Assembly: GCA_951406725.2 (NCBI GenBank)
Contig: OX597838.1
Span: 14,818,001-14,882,000 of the forward strand
DNA length: 64,000 nucleotides
Origin: Octopus vulgaris
Taxonomy: Eukaryota
Direction: 5' to 3'
Shown: one piece after another, positions 37,745-54,232 of the stretch
How the letters are laid out: each line of letters begins with the position of its first letter
How positions within the stretch are numbered: position 1 is the first letter of the stretch
The notes under the pieces: generated by a model
The model's database searches: none
Seen by the model: only the letters and a program-made list of their open reading frames with translations
What the model was told of the DNA's origin: nothing
Program-made: the position numbers and the translations under genes

Positions 37745-39219
37745 ACTACCGCAACCCTCACAAACACACACACATTCACACCTTCGCACACAGACACTCA
37801 CACACACACATCCACACACTACTTCAATTCAAGCGAAAAGTCCCTTTCAGTGTCCCTCTTGCCTTGGCTGAACTTTTGGCCCCTTCTCCCCCTCCCCCCT
37901 TTCCACCACCCTGACTCATCACTCGCTTGATACACAAATTATATCTGGACTACAGCAGGCTTTACACAACTGCACGGCAAACACGTGCAGCATTTGCTTG
38001 TCCAACTAACCAGAAATAATTTTATTACATTCTTCATCTTTTAAAATTCATCATCCTTGATTGTTATAATCCCATTTTTTTCCCTTTTTTTTCCCTTTTA
38101 TTTTATAAACTTTTTAATATATATATATATATGTGTGTGTTATATAATATATATTTATATATAATATATGTGTATGCACATACACATATGAAAATAATAT
38201 GTAATATAAAACATAATATGTATAGTATATATATATATATATATAATATATGTATATAATATATAGTTTTCTAATGTAATATATGCATATATGTGTGTAT
38301 GTATATATGCATGTGTGTATATATGTATATATATATATATATGTATATATTTATATATATGTATGTGTATATATATATATATGTATATATATAGTTTTCT
38401 AATATATGTGTTTGTGTATATATTTGTTTTCTATGTATTTTAAACACAAACACACACATATATCTAGGAGTAGAAGGTATTCTCTTTATAGTATCCCGAG
38501 TCTCTTTATATGAATATAAACACACACACACCATGAATTAATGCATTGGCCCTTAATTTATGAATGAATATATTTTAATTCTGCTTTGTCACTGTGCAAC
38601 ACATCTAGAGATTTCAGAGTTCTCGTATATCATTCACTATTCCTGTTTCATCACCACGTCTACCGCCGTTATTCTCTAACGAACTGAATGTGGAAACAAG
38701 GAATGCCAAGACTTAACCTGGGGGGTACCTTGGTATCATTTTTTTTTTTATTCCCCCGTTTAATTTCACAATACCATCACTACTACCACCTCGACCATAT
38801 AGCACTCATTCCAAAATGTTAGTGAACAGACTCCCCCACCCGTACACACATATACACACACACCCCACGTTATAGATAGGTACATAAGTATCTATCTATT
38901 GAAAATTACCATGGGTGACTTTTGTAATTAAACCCCACACATGTACCATAAAACACATACACATGCATACATGCAAAAACGGAGATGCTCACACATGCAC
39001 TCCTATTTTGGCAAAAGTAGATTCCCTTGGACTTCTGATAAATAAATATATATATATATGTGTGTGTATACATGCACAAACACATAAGATTTATTTGTTT
39101 ATTGCAAATTTTGTCTCTCTAGAATCATCTGACCCTACAACCACATACATACTTAGATACACATATGTGCATACGAGCATATGTGTAGTTTTCTATCTAT
39201 CTAACTATCTATCTATCTA

Positions 39220-39256
<37 letters not shown>

Positions 39257-39368
39257 CAAAATAAGAAAATGGAGAAATACATCCAAATCAAATATCAATT
39301 ACCAGATAATACCCAATCACATACTTTATTAAACCACCACATAAGAAACTTTAAGGTCAAACATAGTA

Positions 39369-39422
<54 letters not shown>

Positions 39423-39620
39423 TTAAAAAACACCACCTTTTATCAATTCAAAATGAATAATTAAATCACACCATCTAGAAAATTACATATAATAGAAAAG
39501 TTAAAATTAAAATAACAATTAAAAAGTAAAGATTAAGTAAATTACAAGAATAATGTAATGTATCTCTTATTATAAAATATAATATATATATAATGTAATG
39601 TATATATATATAATGTAATG

Positions 39621-39654
<34 letters not shown>

Positions 39655-40216
39655 CACACACACAACTACTATGAAATTGCCTTCAACAAGAACTTAGACA
39701 TTTCTTGGCCCCTGTAGGGAATACTACTTTAGTATATCTTAGGCATATAGGTGTGTGTGTGTGTGTATGTACATACATATATGTATACGTGTGTATGTAA
39801 AAAAATATATATATATACATATACACACACACACTCACACAAATATGTGCACATGCGCATAAAGCTATGTATGTGTGTGAAATTGTAACACTCCCTAGTG
39901 TTATATATATATATATATATATATATTATTTCTCTCTCACTCTCTGCCATCCTCACCCAGCCAAGCAGATACTGATAAACTCTGACCTGATGCCATGTGA
40001 TAAAGCCTCATTCCTCTGTTTTGCATTATGGTGACTATTCACTTACAGCTAAAGTTATGTTGTAAACTTTGCAAAGTCTGGTATGCTGCGGTGGGGTCAT
40101 GGATGGAAAAATCCATGAATACTACATAGGGTCTTTTGTGAGTAAACTATCACATCTTTTGAGGATAGCACATCCTTTTATGTAAGCTTTCCCTTTAAAT
40201 ATCTCTTCAGTGTGTG

Positions 40217-40300
<84 letters not shown>

Positions 40301-40520
40301 CCATGATGATAAGGTTAACAAAAAAGGTACTCCATTTGGTGAGAGATAAATATTATTTAATAAACACAGTACATGTTATTATGTGCTACTATTAGTTTCA
40401 TGTGCAGAGAACATGCCAAATAATGCTTTATAACATGTCTGATATCTTGGCACAATCATCAGGTACAACCCATGTGGCATAATGAACTAAAAGTTTTGTA
40501 TATATACATACATATATACA

Positions 40521-40572
<52 letters not shown>

Positions 40573-41507
40573 CACACAACTATTACATTATGGAAAAATC
40601 ATTTTACACAGTTAAGGGCACAATTCCGCAAGTAGTTGAAAAAGTGTATCAATGACCAGGCCACAGAAATGAAATATAACTTTTTGATATTCCATAATAT
40701 TATTATGATTAAGGCAGTGAGCTGGTAGAATTGTTAGCACACTGAGTTCAATTCCTACGTTCTGAGTTCAATTCCTGCCAAGGTTGACTTAGCCTTTCAT
40801 CCTTTTTTGGGTCGACAAAATAAGTACCAGTTGAACGCTGGGGTTGATGTAATCAACTCATCGCCTCCCCCCAAATTGTTGCCCTTGTGGCAAAATTTGA
40901 AGCTATGATCATTATTATTAAGAAATACGCTTGCTGTGAAGGTAACTGCTTTTGTGTCTTCTAGAATGGTTAAAATAATTGTTCCCTGATTTTAAGTGGG
41001 TGTTAGCGGACATGGTGTAGAAATAGGATATTAATGAGGATTATCCTCACATTAAGACCCATATGCATAGAGACTCTCTGTATGTTTATGAATATCGTGT
41101 GATCACATGACTGACAAGACAATCAGATGTTACACATCGCCGGTCACAGTGTGCTTTAGCATTGTTTTAGCCTTCGAATGATGCCACCCTGCTGGCTAGG
41201 CGAGCAGGCCAATATTCTCCTGTGATTGAAAGCACAACTGAGGCAACGTGATTGAAGTGTTTTGCTCAAAAATGTATGTGAATATATATATATATATATA
41301 TATTAATATACATCTCTCCAGGTCTTAATGCTCTCATTTAGTTGTCATTTCTGTGGGTTTCAAAATATTTCTCAGAATATGTAAAAATTTAAGAGATTAG
41401 TGTGCCAGGTTATTCATGTCTTTCACAGAAGGTTGGTGAACCCATCACAAAACAAACACACACACTCACAGCCAGGATGTATATTTGTGTGTGTGTATAT
41501 ATATAAA

Positions 41508-41555
<48 letters not shown>

Positions 41556-42239
41556 GTACATATATGTGTATATATATATATAAATATATAATTGGTCACA
41601 TTGATACAAGTTGAAAGACAAGTTTAGATGAACCATTAGCCCTGCCCCCCCTATTTCTCACTCCTTCTGTCTGCCGATCTCCCCCACCCCACACACACCT
41701 GGAATATTCCTGTTCACTACAATCTAACTCTTCATCCCTTGTGCCTACTCCACCCCCTCTTTCCCCCCTCCACCCACCCACCCACTTCAAACCCCTCCCC
41801 TCCAACCCTACACACCCATCTCCCCTTTATTGAGACAGATAAAAATATACCATTATCCATCATTATCAACGGTTCAGTCCTTTTAATCCTATTCCTCTGC
41901 ACCTACATCGTCTGTATATATATATATACTACCCCCCAATTCCTCCTCCACCACCATCCTTATACCCCCAGCAGATGATATTATTCCATGCTTTCATTCC
42001 TTCTTTGTACAGTTAACAGCATCTCAGTGATAAATTCATTTCAACATTTTCACAGAAATAGTTTGGTATTTGGTGAGATTCCAACAGCAACATTTTACGA
42101 TTGGTCGGTCATATTTTGTGATTAGCGTTAGTTTATTTTTGACTCCTATTTCAGTTTTGTTACCCCTACCTGAAAAAAAGACCAACTTTGATTTTCAATA
42201 CTCACAGTACATGTGCTTTGGAAGGTTTGAGCACCTTAT

Positions 42240-42276
<37 letters not shown>

Positions 42277-44371
42277 CAGATATGCGTATATATATATGTA
42301 TGCACATAGACACATACATATATATAAATGTGTGTGTGGGAAGAAATGGTGTAATGATATACAAGTTATCTTTGCATTGGATTTTGAAAATAGTCAAAGC
42401 CTAAGTTGGCTATTTTCACCTTCTCCTAATGTGTGATTTTTTATAATCTAAATGAATGCAAGCCAGATAATTATGTTTGCTCCCAAAACAAATAATTGAT
42501 TTTTTTTTTTTTTTCCCCCCATTTTATTTTGATTTTTATTACTATCTGTTTTTTTCTTGTCTCTGCAGAAAACACACAAAAATAATTCTCTTTTTTTTTT
42601 ACACAAGAAAAAAAAAAAAAATGGCTTGTACATATGAATTTGATTTCAGCCACTTCATGATAATTTAATAGCTTCCTTATATATATATATATAATGTGTG
42701 AGTGTGTGTGGGTGTAGGTGTGAATTTTTAATGTTTATATCTTAAAGATGTAGTTTATTTCTTTTATTTTGTTGTTATTGTTGTTGTTGGCAATGAGCTG
42801 GTTGAGTCGTTAGAATATTGGCAGAAATCCTTCAATGTATTTCTTCCAGCTCTTCATATCCTGACTTCAGATCCTGCCTAGGTCTACTTTTTTTTTTGCC
42901 TTTTCATCCATGCAAGGGTTGATAAAATAAAGTACCAGTCAGATACTGGGGCTTATAGCATCAGCTAACCCCCTGCTCCAGCCCTCCTCAAATATGTTGG
43001 TTTTGTGCCCAAAATGGCAATTTTTTATTATTATTATCATCATCATCATCGTCATTATTATTATTATTATTGAAATCATAAGGTGATGAGCTGGTAGAAT
43101 CAGCAGCACGAATTCCACCAAGGTCAACTTTGCCTTTGATCCTTTCAGGGTCAATAAAATAAAGTACCAGTCAGGTACTTGAGTCAGTGCTATCAACTAG
43201 TCCTCTCCCCCAAGGTTTCAAGCCTTGCGCCTATAGTAGATAGGATTATTATTATTATTATCGTCATCATGATGTTTGCTTCTGGCTTTTTTTTTTGCAA
43301 TTTTATTTTTGCTTTTTAACTAAATATACTTGGTAGAAGTGGAGTTCTGAATGGTGTGGTTTTTTTTTTTGTGTGTTTTTTTTTTTTGCCTTTTGTGTAA
43401 ATACTAATTTTGGAAGAAAATATTCATACATGTAACTTAGTGGGGGAGAAAAACATATAAAATTCAAGTAACTAGAAGTGAGGTGACAGATTCAATTACC
43501 ACATATATACATATATATATATATATATATATCTCAGAGGAGCCTGGGATGTTTTACTGACCCTCTGAGCTTGTGTGAGATCAACACAGTTGAAGTTCCT
43601 GAGCCATGAAGGAATTCCAGAAGGATAACTTCTTGGGGAGGAAGGATTGGAGAAAAAACACTAACCAGGTGTTAGCACAGGATCCTGTTGGTGGAGGTGA
43701 TGAGTAGCCAGTGACAAGCTGAAGTAAATATGTACGAATCAAGTAAGGTTCATTGGACATAGCATGTGACCAGTAGGTTCCAAGGACCAGTGGTCGCTGT
43801 CATAGTTGTAAAGGGGACAGGAGTTAACAGTCTTCATGTTTGTGAGCCAGCGCCTGGAGTGTGTTGGTGACTAACTGTGTATTATGGTTGTGTGTATATA
43901 TTCTTTAAAGGCCCATTGCCAATATCATTGTGATTCTCCACACCTCTATCCTTCCTGATTTCACACATCTGCCATCTTGCCATTTCTCTGTTCGCTTAAC
44001 ATCATAATTATTATTATTATTATTATTATTATTATGACAAAAATTTACCAATACTTGATTGTAAAAAGATAATACTTAGGATTTTTAGCGAGTTTTGTAT
44101 GTATTATATAGTGGGAGCTGTTTGTTTTTATATCCTTCCTCATCAATCTCCCCTCTGTCACTTCATTGCACCCCCACTCCCAGTCAAGCCTTTTCTTCTA
44201 TCCACCCATGTGCCTCCAGCCTTGTAATGAGAGGAGGGGGTGAGGGGGAGGGGTAGCTGCCTTATTAAATAAATCTTATTCCGCTGTCTTTCTTTTCTCT
44301 CTGATTAAGGATTATCTCTGTGAGTCATTAGACACTAATGAAATATATATATATAAAAGGGTAAACTGTAA

Positions 44372-44989
<618 letters not shown>

Positions 44990-45917
44990 ATGTATATTTG
45001 TGTGTGTGTATATGTATATCAATCGCTATATGACCCCTGGCTTTGATTATTAACTTCCTCACCTTCCCCTTATCTTTTGATCTCAACCAAAATTTGTTCT
45101 GTGGTCATTTTACCTTTTCAGACCACCTTGCACTATCTCTTCAGACTCCTGCTTTTTCTTCCGCTTCTTCTTATTATTGTTAACATATCACTGTCTCATT
45201 CACCCCCCCCCCACCCAAACTCATTACCCCCTTTCTCTGATAATGTTTGTCTTGTCAAACACCCACAGTGTTTACCATTCAAAGAACTTGGCTTCCCTTT
45301 TTTTCCATCTTCTTCTTCTCCAGTTGCTCTTACTTGGACCAAATGGTGTTTCCTCCTTGGAGTTTGGGTCGTCCGTCTCCAGAAATTGACTTTGATGAAC
45401 TTCTTTGTGCCAACGTGCTGTTTCCCTCCCCGCCTGAAACATATCCCCAAACAGCCAGCATTGATACCCCATGTAAATGCCACATCAATGTGTTTGTGCA
45501 TGTATCTGCATGTGTGTATGTATGTGTGTGTGTGTGTGTGTGTATATGCATACTACTTTATTCTGACGGCAGCTAACCGACAAAACAAAACAAACAAAAT
45601 AAATAAATAAAAGCCTTTTTAATGCCAGAAATGGTTGGAATTATTTACAGGCAACTTTTCCTGTTTTCCTATTGTTTGCTAAATAAGAGTGGTAAGACAA
45701 CCATTACATCACCATCATCATCATCCTTGTTTTCATCACTATCTTGCTAGCTATCCTCTACCATTGTAATTCCACTTTTGTTGCAGTCTCTTCTATGTGG
45801 TGCGGGGGTCGGGGGAAGGTTAATGTCCATTTTTTTTTTCTGTATTTTGAAGCGTTTCTTTTCCACCCTCAGATAACATCCACTTAATACCACAGCTCTC
45901 TCTCTAATAAATATATG

Positions 45918-45952
<35 letters not shown>

Positions 45953-46160
45953 GTGTGTGATGATGATAAACGACGATATGTGTGTGTGTGTGTGTGTATG
46001 TAATCACTACCACCAGTTTGACTGACAAATTAAGCTGCTTCACTCTTACATTTGCAGTTTTATTTTGGGTTATAAATCAATGAATCACGATGTAATGAAG
46101 AATCCCTCAAATCTCTCAGAAATTTCTTATAAGCACTCTTTGGTTTCCATACAACATGAG

Positions 46161-46230
<70 letters not shown>

Positions 46231-46398
46231 CTGTATGCATACACATACATACATATAGTTGTAAACAAAAGGAGTAGTACTCAATACAATTTTGTAGAGT
46301 TGGCATTTATTTGGAGTCATTCAGTGAACCTCTCTCTCTCCATTACTACTTAGTTTCCCCTGCTACATATGATCCTTCTGGGCAATATCAAGTTTAAT

Positions 46399-46429
<31 letters not shown>

Positions 46430-47355
46430 ATATTTCTCCATTTGTGTATGTCTCTTGATATATCTTTGTTACAGAAACAGAGTGCTTGAGGCACAGTGAT
46501 GTAGAGTTACAATAATCATGATGATGATGATGATTCCTTCTAGCTTTGGCACAAGACAAACGTTATTTTCCACTTTGTTGATGGGGGCAGGAAAGGGAAA
46601 GTTAATTATGTCAACCCTTGTGCTCATATGGCATTTATTTTATTGACCCTGAAAGTGTGAGAGGGGAAACTCAGGCTCAGCATAATTTGTACTCAGAACA
46701 TATTGAACCAGAAGTCATGCCGCTAAGCATTTTATCAACCATAGTAACCATTCTGCCAGTTCACTGCCTTAATACCAATGATGATGATGTGTTAAGATAT
46801 ACATTCAAAATAAATGTAGAATGTAGATAATGATAATAATAATAATAATGATAATGTCTGTTTTTTAAATTAGTATTTATATTCCCACAGTCAGTTTGCA
46901 AGTTTATTTGTATTTGATTAAATTATTATTATTATTAGTTCTGTTTTATTACAAGCTGAAGCTTCTTGAGTTGTAAGTCATTTTCCCATTGTTTCATTTT
47001 TATGTAAGAAAATCTGTTTAGTATTATAATATGACATGTATATATATATATGTACATGTATTTTATTTAAAGCATATTACTCTACCACTGGTATTTGAGT
47101 ACTCTTTTTTCCACCTTGTTTCACATTTATGTGTTTACTCCGGTGTACATGTATTTTATGCATGTGTGTATTTGTCTCATATGTTCTAAATCTCAGGTCA
47201 GTTACAAACCAATAATATTTCACTCAATCCTTCCATATTCTTGATTATTTTCCAAAATTAATTGCAGCCCATTCACAAGTCTTCTCCAAGAAACTGTTTC
47301 AATTATTAAGGCAATAAATTGACAGAGTTTTTAGATTCACTGTAGTCAACTTTCA

Positions 47356-47392
<37 letters not shown>

Positions 47393-48382
47393 GAATTATA
47401 CATGTAATTTGGTCCAGCTTCATCACATAGCTTCATCACACCTATACAACCCCTAAACATTATTGTAAGGATACATATGACTGTGGAATATTCAACCACT
47501 TGCTTGTTAATTTCATGACTAGGAATTCAGTTAGTTGAAGAACTGAATACTCTTAACAAAGACCAACAGAAAAATTTGGCATCAGTTAGTAAAATGAGTG
47601 TAAGTTTTCATACCTTTCAAATAGTATTCTCTTTCTCTGCCAGTTTCATCATTTCTGGTGAGGTTCTTTCAACTAGACTTAGTAAATACACATTACCTGT
47701 GAGTTCCTCTGGCCAGAAAAGAAACTATATATTAAAAAAAAGATTCAGTCTCTCCTCATATCTTCTCCACTTGTCTTTCATTACCCAAATTTATAAGGCC
47801 AATAGATTGTTATAATTAGCATCACAAAGGAGTGGATTGGGAGGACATAAATGCTGCTTTTGTAGTCTTTTATGCCTCTTCAGTTCAATTCCTGTTGAGG
47901 TCAATGTTGCCTTTCATCCTCTCAGGATGTTGTTGTGCCACACTTAAGTTCAATACAATCAAACCTTTGGTTATATATGTATACACACACATACATACAT
48001 ACACACTTTTCTTAATCATTCCTAGTCACACATAAATGTGTCTTTTACTCCTTAAAATTCCTTGTTAATTAGCAAGTTTTGCCTTTGTCTTTTTTTTGTT
48101 TTATCCCCCCAAACACACAAAACACACATCAACATTTCTCTATAATATTTCTTGAAGCTTCTATGTGGGAGTGATATTGATACAGCTATTCTTTCGTTAT
48201 TCACCTATTATTCTCATATTTCCAAATTTAATTCCTTAAATCCTTAAAAATGTTTTAGCCCGAAGGCCGCGGCCATGCTGGGGCACCACCGCAATTATTT
48301 TCTTTTTGAGGTTTGGTGACAAGTTACCATAAATTTCAAAAACCTTTATTAGAATTCTTGCGGAACCATAGGTTTATTATTA

Positions 48383-48429
<47 letters not shown>

Positions 48430-51400
48430 CAGTGGATTGGCAGAATTGTTAGAGCCTTTGTAATATTTAGTTATATTTCTTAGAGTTCTGAGTTCAAATC
48501 CTGTCATGTTCAGCTTCACTTTTAATCTTTTTTGGTATCAATAAAATACCTTTCTAGAACAAGTTGTGGGGTCAAAGTTGTTAACTTACCTTTCCTTGCG
48601 AAAGAGAATTTCTATCTTCATACAAATTGTTTGAAAAAAAATAATTATATTATCATAATATCTGATTAGTATTTTAGCTTTGCTATTTGCTGTTTTATTG
48701 TGTTTGGTGTTATTGATCTTGTGCAGATCAATTTTATTATCTTCTTTTCTTTTCTTTTTTTTTAATCTTTTTGAAAAAAAATTTTTTGAAATATTTTTTA
48801 GCTTCGTTTGGGTTGTGGGTGTGAGAAACTGTTGCATGCGTGCGTACATGTATGAACGAAACGAGGAATGAAAAGAAAATAAGCTTTCTGATACCAGTAA
48901 TATCTCAGTAATCTGGGCTCATCAACTCAAAAAAACCAAATCTTATCTAATCAAATCAGATCAATCAATCAATCAATTATACCCCCCATCCTACCCACCC
49001 CCTTCCACATACCCCCATCACCTCCACTGCCGCTGCTGCCACCGCCGCCACCACTTTCATGTGGTCATGTGCCTAGTCAAAATATAACAAAATATTACAG
49101 CAAAATAAACCATTTTCATGGCTGGAAATTAAGGGAAAAAAAATTTCTTTGTATTTTTAATTCTTTTTTTTTTTGTTTTTTTTTTAAATGTTATCTTTCT
49201 TCTTTTTCTGTTTTCTTTCTTTTTTTTTTTAAATACTTATAATAATAATAATAATGATTAGTTTTTATTTGTAACAAGGGTGATGAATGGAGTGGGATTA
49301 CAAAGAAAAGTTGTAAAAAAAAAAAAAAACTTGGGTGGGGAGAAAGAAAGAAAGAAAAAAAAAACACATGTACTGAAAAGAAAAAAAAAGATATTTCAAA
49401 ATTGTATAATGAACGCCAAACTAATTAATTATTATATTGTAATTAAAAAAAGAAACAAAACTCATAACATCCATGTGTGTAAAAAAAAAAAAAGTCAACA
49501 GAATCATTAATTTATTTCATATCTGGATCTGGTTGTTTTTTTTTTGTTTTTTTTTTAATATTTTTTATTTTGTATTTTCTTTGTTTTCTGTCTGTTTTTA
49601 ATCTTTGTTTCTCTTCAAAATGAGAATTGTTTGTTTGTTTTTTTTTTTTTTCACTTTTGGTTTTGGTAATTTTCTTTTTGCTGGAATTGAAACTCATTTT
49701 CCCTCTCTCCTTTTCTTGATGATAGTGAAGAGTCACACACACACACACACACATGTATGTGTGTGTTGTTGATCAACCCTGAATAAGCAGACTTATGATA
49801 AAAAATGTTTCTTCTTCCACCCATGGCCATCCATCTGGTCTGGTCTGTTTTGCTTTTATTTTTAGTTGATTCCAATACAATAATATCAAATACATCATCC
49901 TTATTTCTTTTTTTTATTATTATTATTTTTTAAAACATTTTTACGTTTGTTTTAAAACAGTAAGGGTGTATACAATGTGAGGCTGATTTGGCTGCTGTTC
50001 TTCCTTAGCCATTCAGATCTTGACCCCCAGAGGAGAACCTCCTTTGGTTGGTCCCGAGGGTACAAGTGGGACTCAATACAACACTGCTCACTTCAAAATA
50101 TCTCCACCACCACTAGACATACCAGGTGGACAAGGACTTGTGTGTACGTGTGTATTGTCATCGATGATGATGATGACGATGATGATGATAGAATATTTGC
50201 CTGATATTCAGTGGTTGAGAAAAGAAAATTTTTTTTTTTAAAAAAAAGAGGAAAATACTAAAATTTCAAATATTCTTTAAGAAGAAAAATTTTTTTTTTT
50301 TTTCAATTTAATTATTTGAACCTATCTATACATTTTGTTTTTGTCTTTATTCTTTATTCCTATTTATCTATTGCACCCTTTCCCCACCTTACACTGTATC
50401 TTGTTTATTATTATTATTATTATTATTTAGATTCCAGTCTGCTATTAGTCTTTACCATTTTAATCAGCACTGTTCATTTTTTTTCTCTTTTATTACTATT
50501 ATTTTTTTATTATGATTATCCTTTTTTTGTTTTGTATATTGTTTTTTTTTTCTCTTATCCCAGTATGAGTTACACTATATACTACATATTGATATATATA
50601 TATATATAAAAAAAAACATATACACACACTCACGCATACACATGTGCACACACACATATGCACATACACTCACACACACTTATGTACATATGCATAACAT
50701 ATGTATATTTGTTCTTCTATACACACGATTATGTTTGTGTGTGTGTGTGTTTGTGTGTGTGTGTATGTGTGTGTGCTCTTTTACAGGCTACAGCCATTCG
50801 ACTGCGGCCATGCTGGGCTTTTAGTTGATCTTATCAACCTCAGCACTTATTATTATCAGCCTGATACTTATTTTATCGATCTCTATTTATCAAATGGCTA
50901 AGTTACCTTTTAATATAAAGGGATGCAACTCGATGCACAGTTTTACACTGGTATACATGAAAACAAACACACATACACAACAGGCTTCTGCACAGTTTCC
51001 GTCTACTAAGTTCCACCCAAAAAGCAATTTGAGACTACCATTAAAGAGATAAAACCCAGTGCCATGTGGCTGTGAAGTGACTCTCTAAACCACAAGGATA
51101 TCCCAAGGAGTATCTGTCTATATATATATTTATAATGACTTTCTAACTAATTTGCTTCAATAAAGGTTTGTAATTCAGCCAATATACACACCGCATCTTG
51201 ATGTAGTGGTTTTCCATTTGAGACTATTGATTGCTATCCTCCTTCACAAAGTTTTTCACCTCTACTGCTTGCTAATCCCTCTGCTGATTGTAGAATAACT
51301 TAGATATAGGGCTGATGCAGTTTGTGTGCAGTGATCAGCCAAGCCTGGTGCTGCAGATAGTGCTGCCTAAAGACCATCCTCTACCTCTTTTGATGTGTTG

Positions 51401-52519
51401 CATTTTACCAATTTGCTGGTGGTTTTTCTTGCAACGGTGACCTGGCTGAATGGAGATATTGAAAACATAGTTTCTAGTCAAAGCATCTCTACTTTTGGTG
51501 ACCTCTCCCACAGCCCCTATCTATTGCTCTTTGAAATTTTTAATCTGTATATCTTACTTTAAGGATATTATTTTAAAGCAAGTTTAAGAAAAACAACAGA
51601 ACATTTACCAATGGGTGACTAAAAACTGAAAGTAATTAAATTTAATTATAAAATTTATTTTAGCTGGGACTTTAAGTTTTGTTCGACTGGTTGAATAAGC
51701 TGTCAGGTAAAACTTGAAGTGTTTCTTGACCAGGAACTACAAGTTCCTAGTCAAAATGAATTTCATAATTAATTGATAAATCTCAATTTAAAAGAGACCT
51801 AAATTAAGAAATTCTTCACCATGAGTGACCTGCAATGTTCTGTGAGCAGATTATAAACCCCCAACCCTTAGTTTTAATATTTCTATTATAGTTAAAACTG
51901 AAGAATCTTCCTTCTTGTGGAAGTCAATACCTATTTCCTCAATAGCAATATTTGTGTTATCTCATCGTAATCATTCCAAAATTTGGTTGCATACCACCAT
52001 GCCAGTCGGCTGGATTGTTGACCATTAATCTCTATTGGTACTCTCGCTACCCTTTGTAAAAGAAGCTTGCCTTTCATTGGTCCAAGATAGAGTAAGAAGC
52101 TCTCCATGCTCCCCCCCCCTTACAGATGATGGTTCAAAACAAATGTGAAACGAAACTTCTCTAGTAACCTAATAATTACCTACATTCTCTTAAAAAAAAA
52201 TAGTCATTGAACCATTTGCGTGCCACTGCAAAGCTTCTTGAATTAAGTCACTTTGTTCCATGTCTGACCAGAAAATAAGGGTCTGCTGATATCAGAACAG
52301 TTCCTGTTATGTTTTCAGAATTATAAAAGTTTCTGGACATGAGGGAGGTATGCCTGCTTTCAACATTTCCCTCAGTTACCGTGATACATGCATGGAAATT
52401 CAGAAGTGTATTTGATTCAAGTTTACATACACATATATATATAAATATATAGCCCAGGTCAATAGCTTTCGGTCTCTTGTTTATGTGATTGAGAAGACGG
52501 TTCTGGAGTGGTAGCCATA

Positions 52520-52579
<60 letters not shown>

Positions 52580-52679
52580 TTAAGTAGTTGAATGAATTAT
52601 CCTAGTATGGATAATTCGGTTAACCGGTACCCGGGTAGCAAATTCACGTCAGAAAAACACGGTTGAAGCTACATGCTTC

Positions 52680-52713
<34 letters not shown>

Positions 52714-52765
52714 GCATATATACATATATATACATATATATATATACACACATATATATATATAC

Positions 52766-52810
<45 letters not shown>

Positions 52811-54013
52811 CGTTGTGTATGTATACATACATAAGACATTGAGCAAGTGTAGTTGTGCATGTTATGTACAGGCACCATTAATGCACTTCACTGCAACATT
52901 TGTGCTCTGCACTTCTGTGGCATCGGTTATAATCATGTCAAATAACTAAACAAATGAACCAACCAAACTAAACACGTGTAACACACACACATGCACACAC
53001 ACACACACACACACACACATGCACATGGACGTTCATGAACACCTCTCGCATACATTTACACAGCATGGACACCACCACACGCACACACAAAAAAAATATA
53101 CACAAACACACACACACACAAAAACACATATAATAAACTTCATTTTTGTCTTTCAGGGTTTAAGTTTGATTTGCGTTACAACTTTATTTTACTCCTCCTC
53201 CTCCTTCTGTTCAGTTGGTTTGTGTAAATGTCTCCCCCGCAACTCCTTTAAAGGAGACGGAAGACAGTTTGTCCCCCTTGACAGGGTCACAGCAACAATC
53301 TCGATATCGTGAATATATTTGTATATTTCTGTAAATAAAAGGTACTTTTTCAAAACATTTCTCCTTACTGCTTTCTGTTTGAAAGCTTCACTTACTCTCT
53401 TTTTTTATTTATTATTTGTTGTTTTTTTTTTGGTTTTTCTTTTTTTTTTTTTTTTCAGTTTTTATTTTCTTCATTTTCCATCCTTGTATCTTTTTGTAAT
53501 ATTTCTCTGTTTGTTTATACATTCTTTCCGAGCTTTCTGGTGTCTGACGGAGACGGCTGATACCTGATGTCTGTCAGTATTTTTATTCCTTTATTCTGAT
53601 ATTTGAGAGTTTGAAAAAAAAAAAGAAAGAAAAAAAAAACCACAGACAAGAACATATCTCTCTCTGCTGTTTATTTTTTCGAAACCCCTATCAGATCCTC
53701 AATTGTAGCAGAAGGGGAAATCTTGGAGCAGGATTGGTGCTGTTGTTGTTGTTGTTGTTGGTAGGAATGTGTAACAAACCTGCCTCTCCTCCATCAGTCA
53801 TTCATCATCACATTTCCTTGCTTGCATGGATCAGAGAGAATCTGTTGAGGCAGATTTTTGTATGTCCAGATGCCCTTCCTGTCACCAGCCCTCACCTGTT
53901 TCCAAATAAGGTAATGTTTTCCCATGGCTAGACATGTTTTTCACAGAAAACTGGAAATGAACAACCCCACTTATATGACAGTGATGCTCATTTACAAACA
54001 TCACGATACTTAA

Positions 54014-54232
54014 CCCTTTAGCATTCAGAGTATTCTGTCAAAAGTAACACTTTTCGATTCAAACTGTTTTTAATTAATCCTGCACTGTTTTGCAGCCTTG
54101 AAATTTTGATGATGTGACTGTATATTTTATTATGGCATTGAAGGGTAGGTATGATAGGCTTGATCTGGATGGTTAGAACATAAAACAGGAAGCATATTTG
54201 GGCCGGATATGGCCGGTTTAAATGCTAAAGGG
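54014..54232. mobile_element. piggyBac-type MITE P2 (intact ends)
   Basis: TTAA-CCCTTTAGCATT ... AATGCTAAAGGG-TTAA. Inserted into an older repeat that is also seen at 10410-10620 and 25065-25345. Confidence 0.9.

Noticed and set aside
45077-45610. 177-aa ORF and overlapping ORFs
   Set aside because: No recognisable domain or splice support, and partly microsatellite.
48580-48849. Minus-strand exon ending at the AAG|GTAAGT donor near 48590
   Set aside because: Only a consensus donor; the upstream frame is low-complexity Lys/Asn from T-runs and I found no partner exon.
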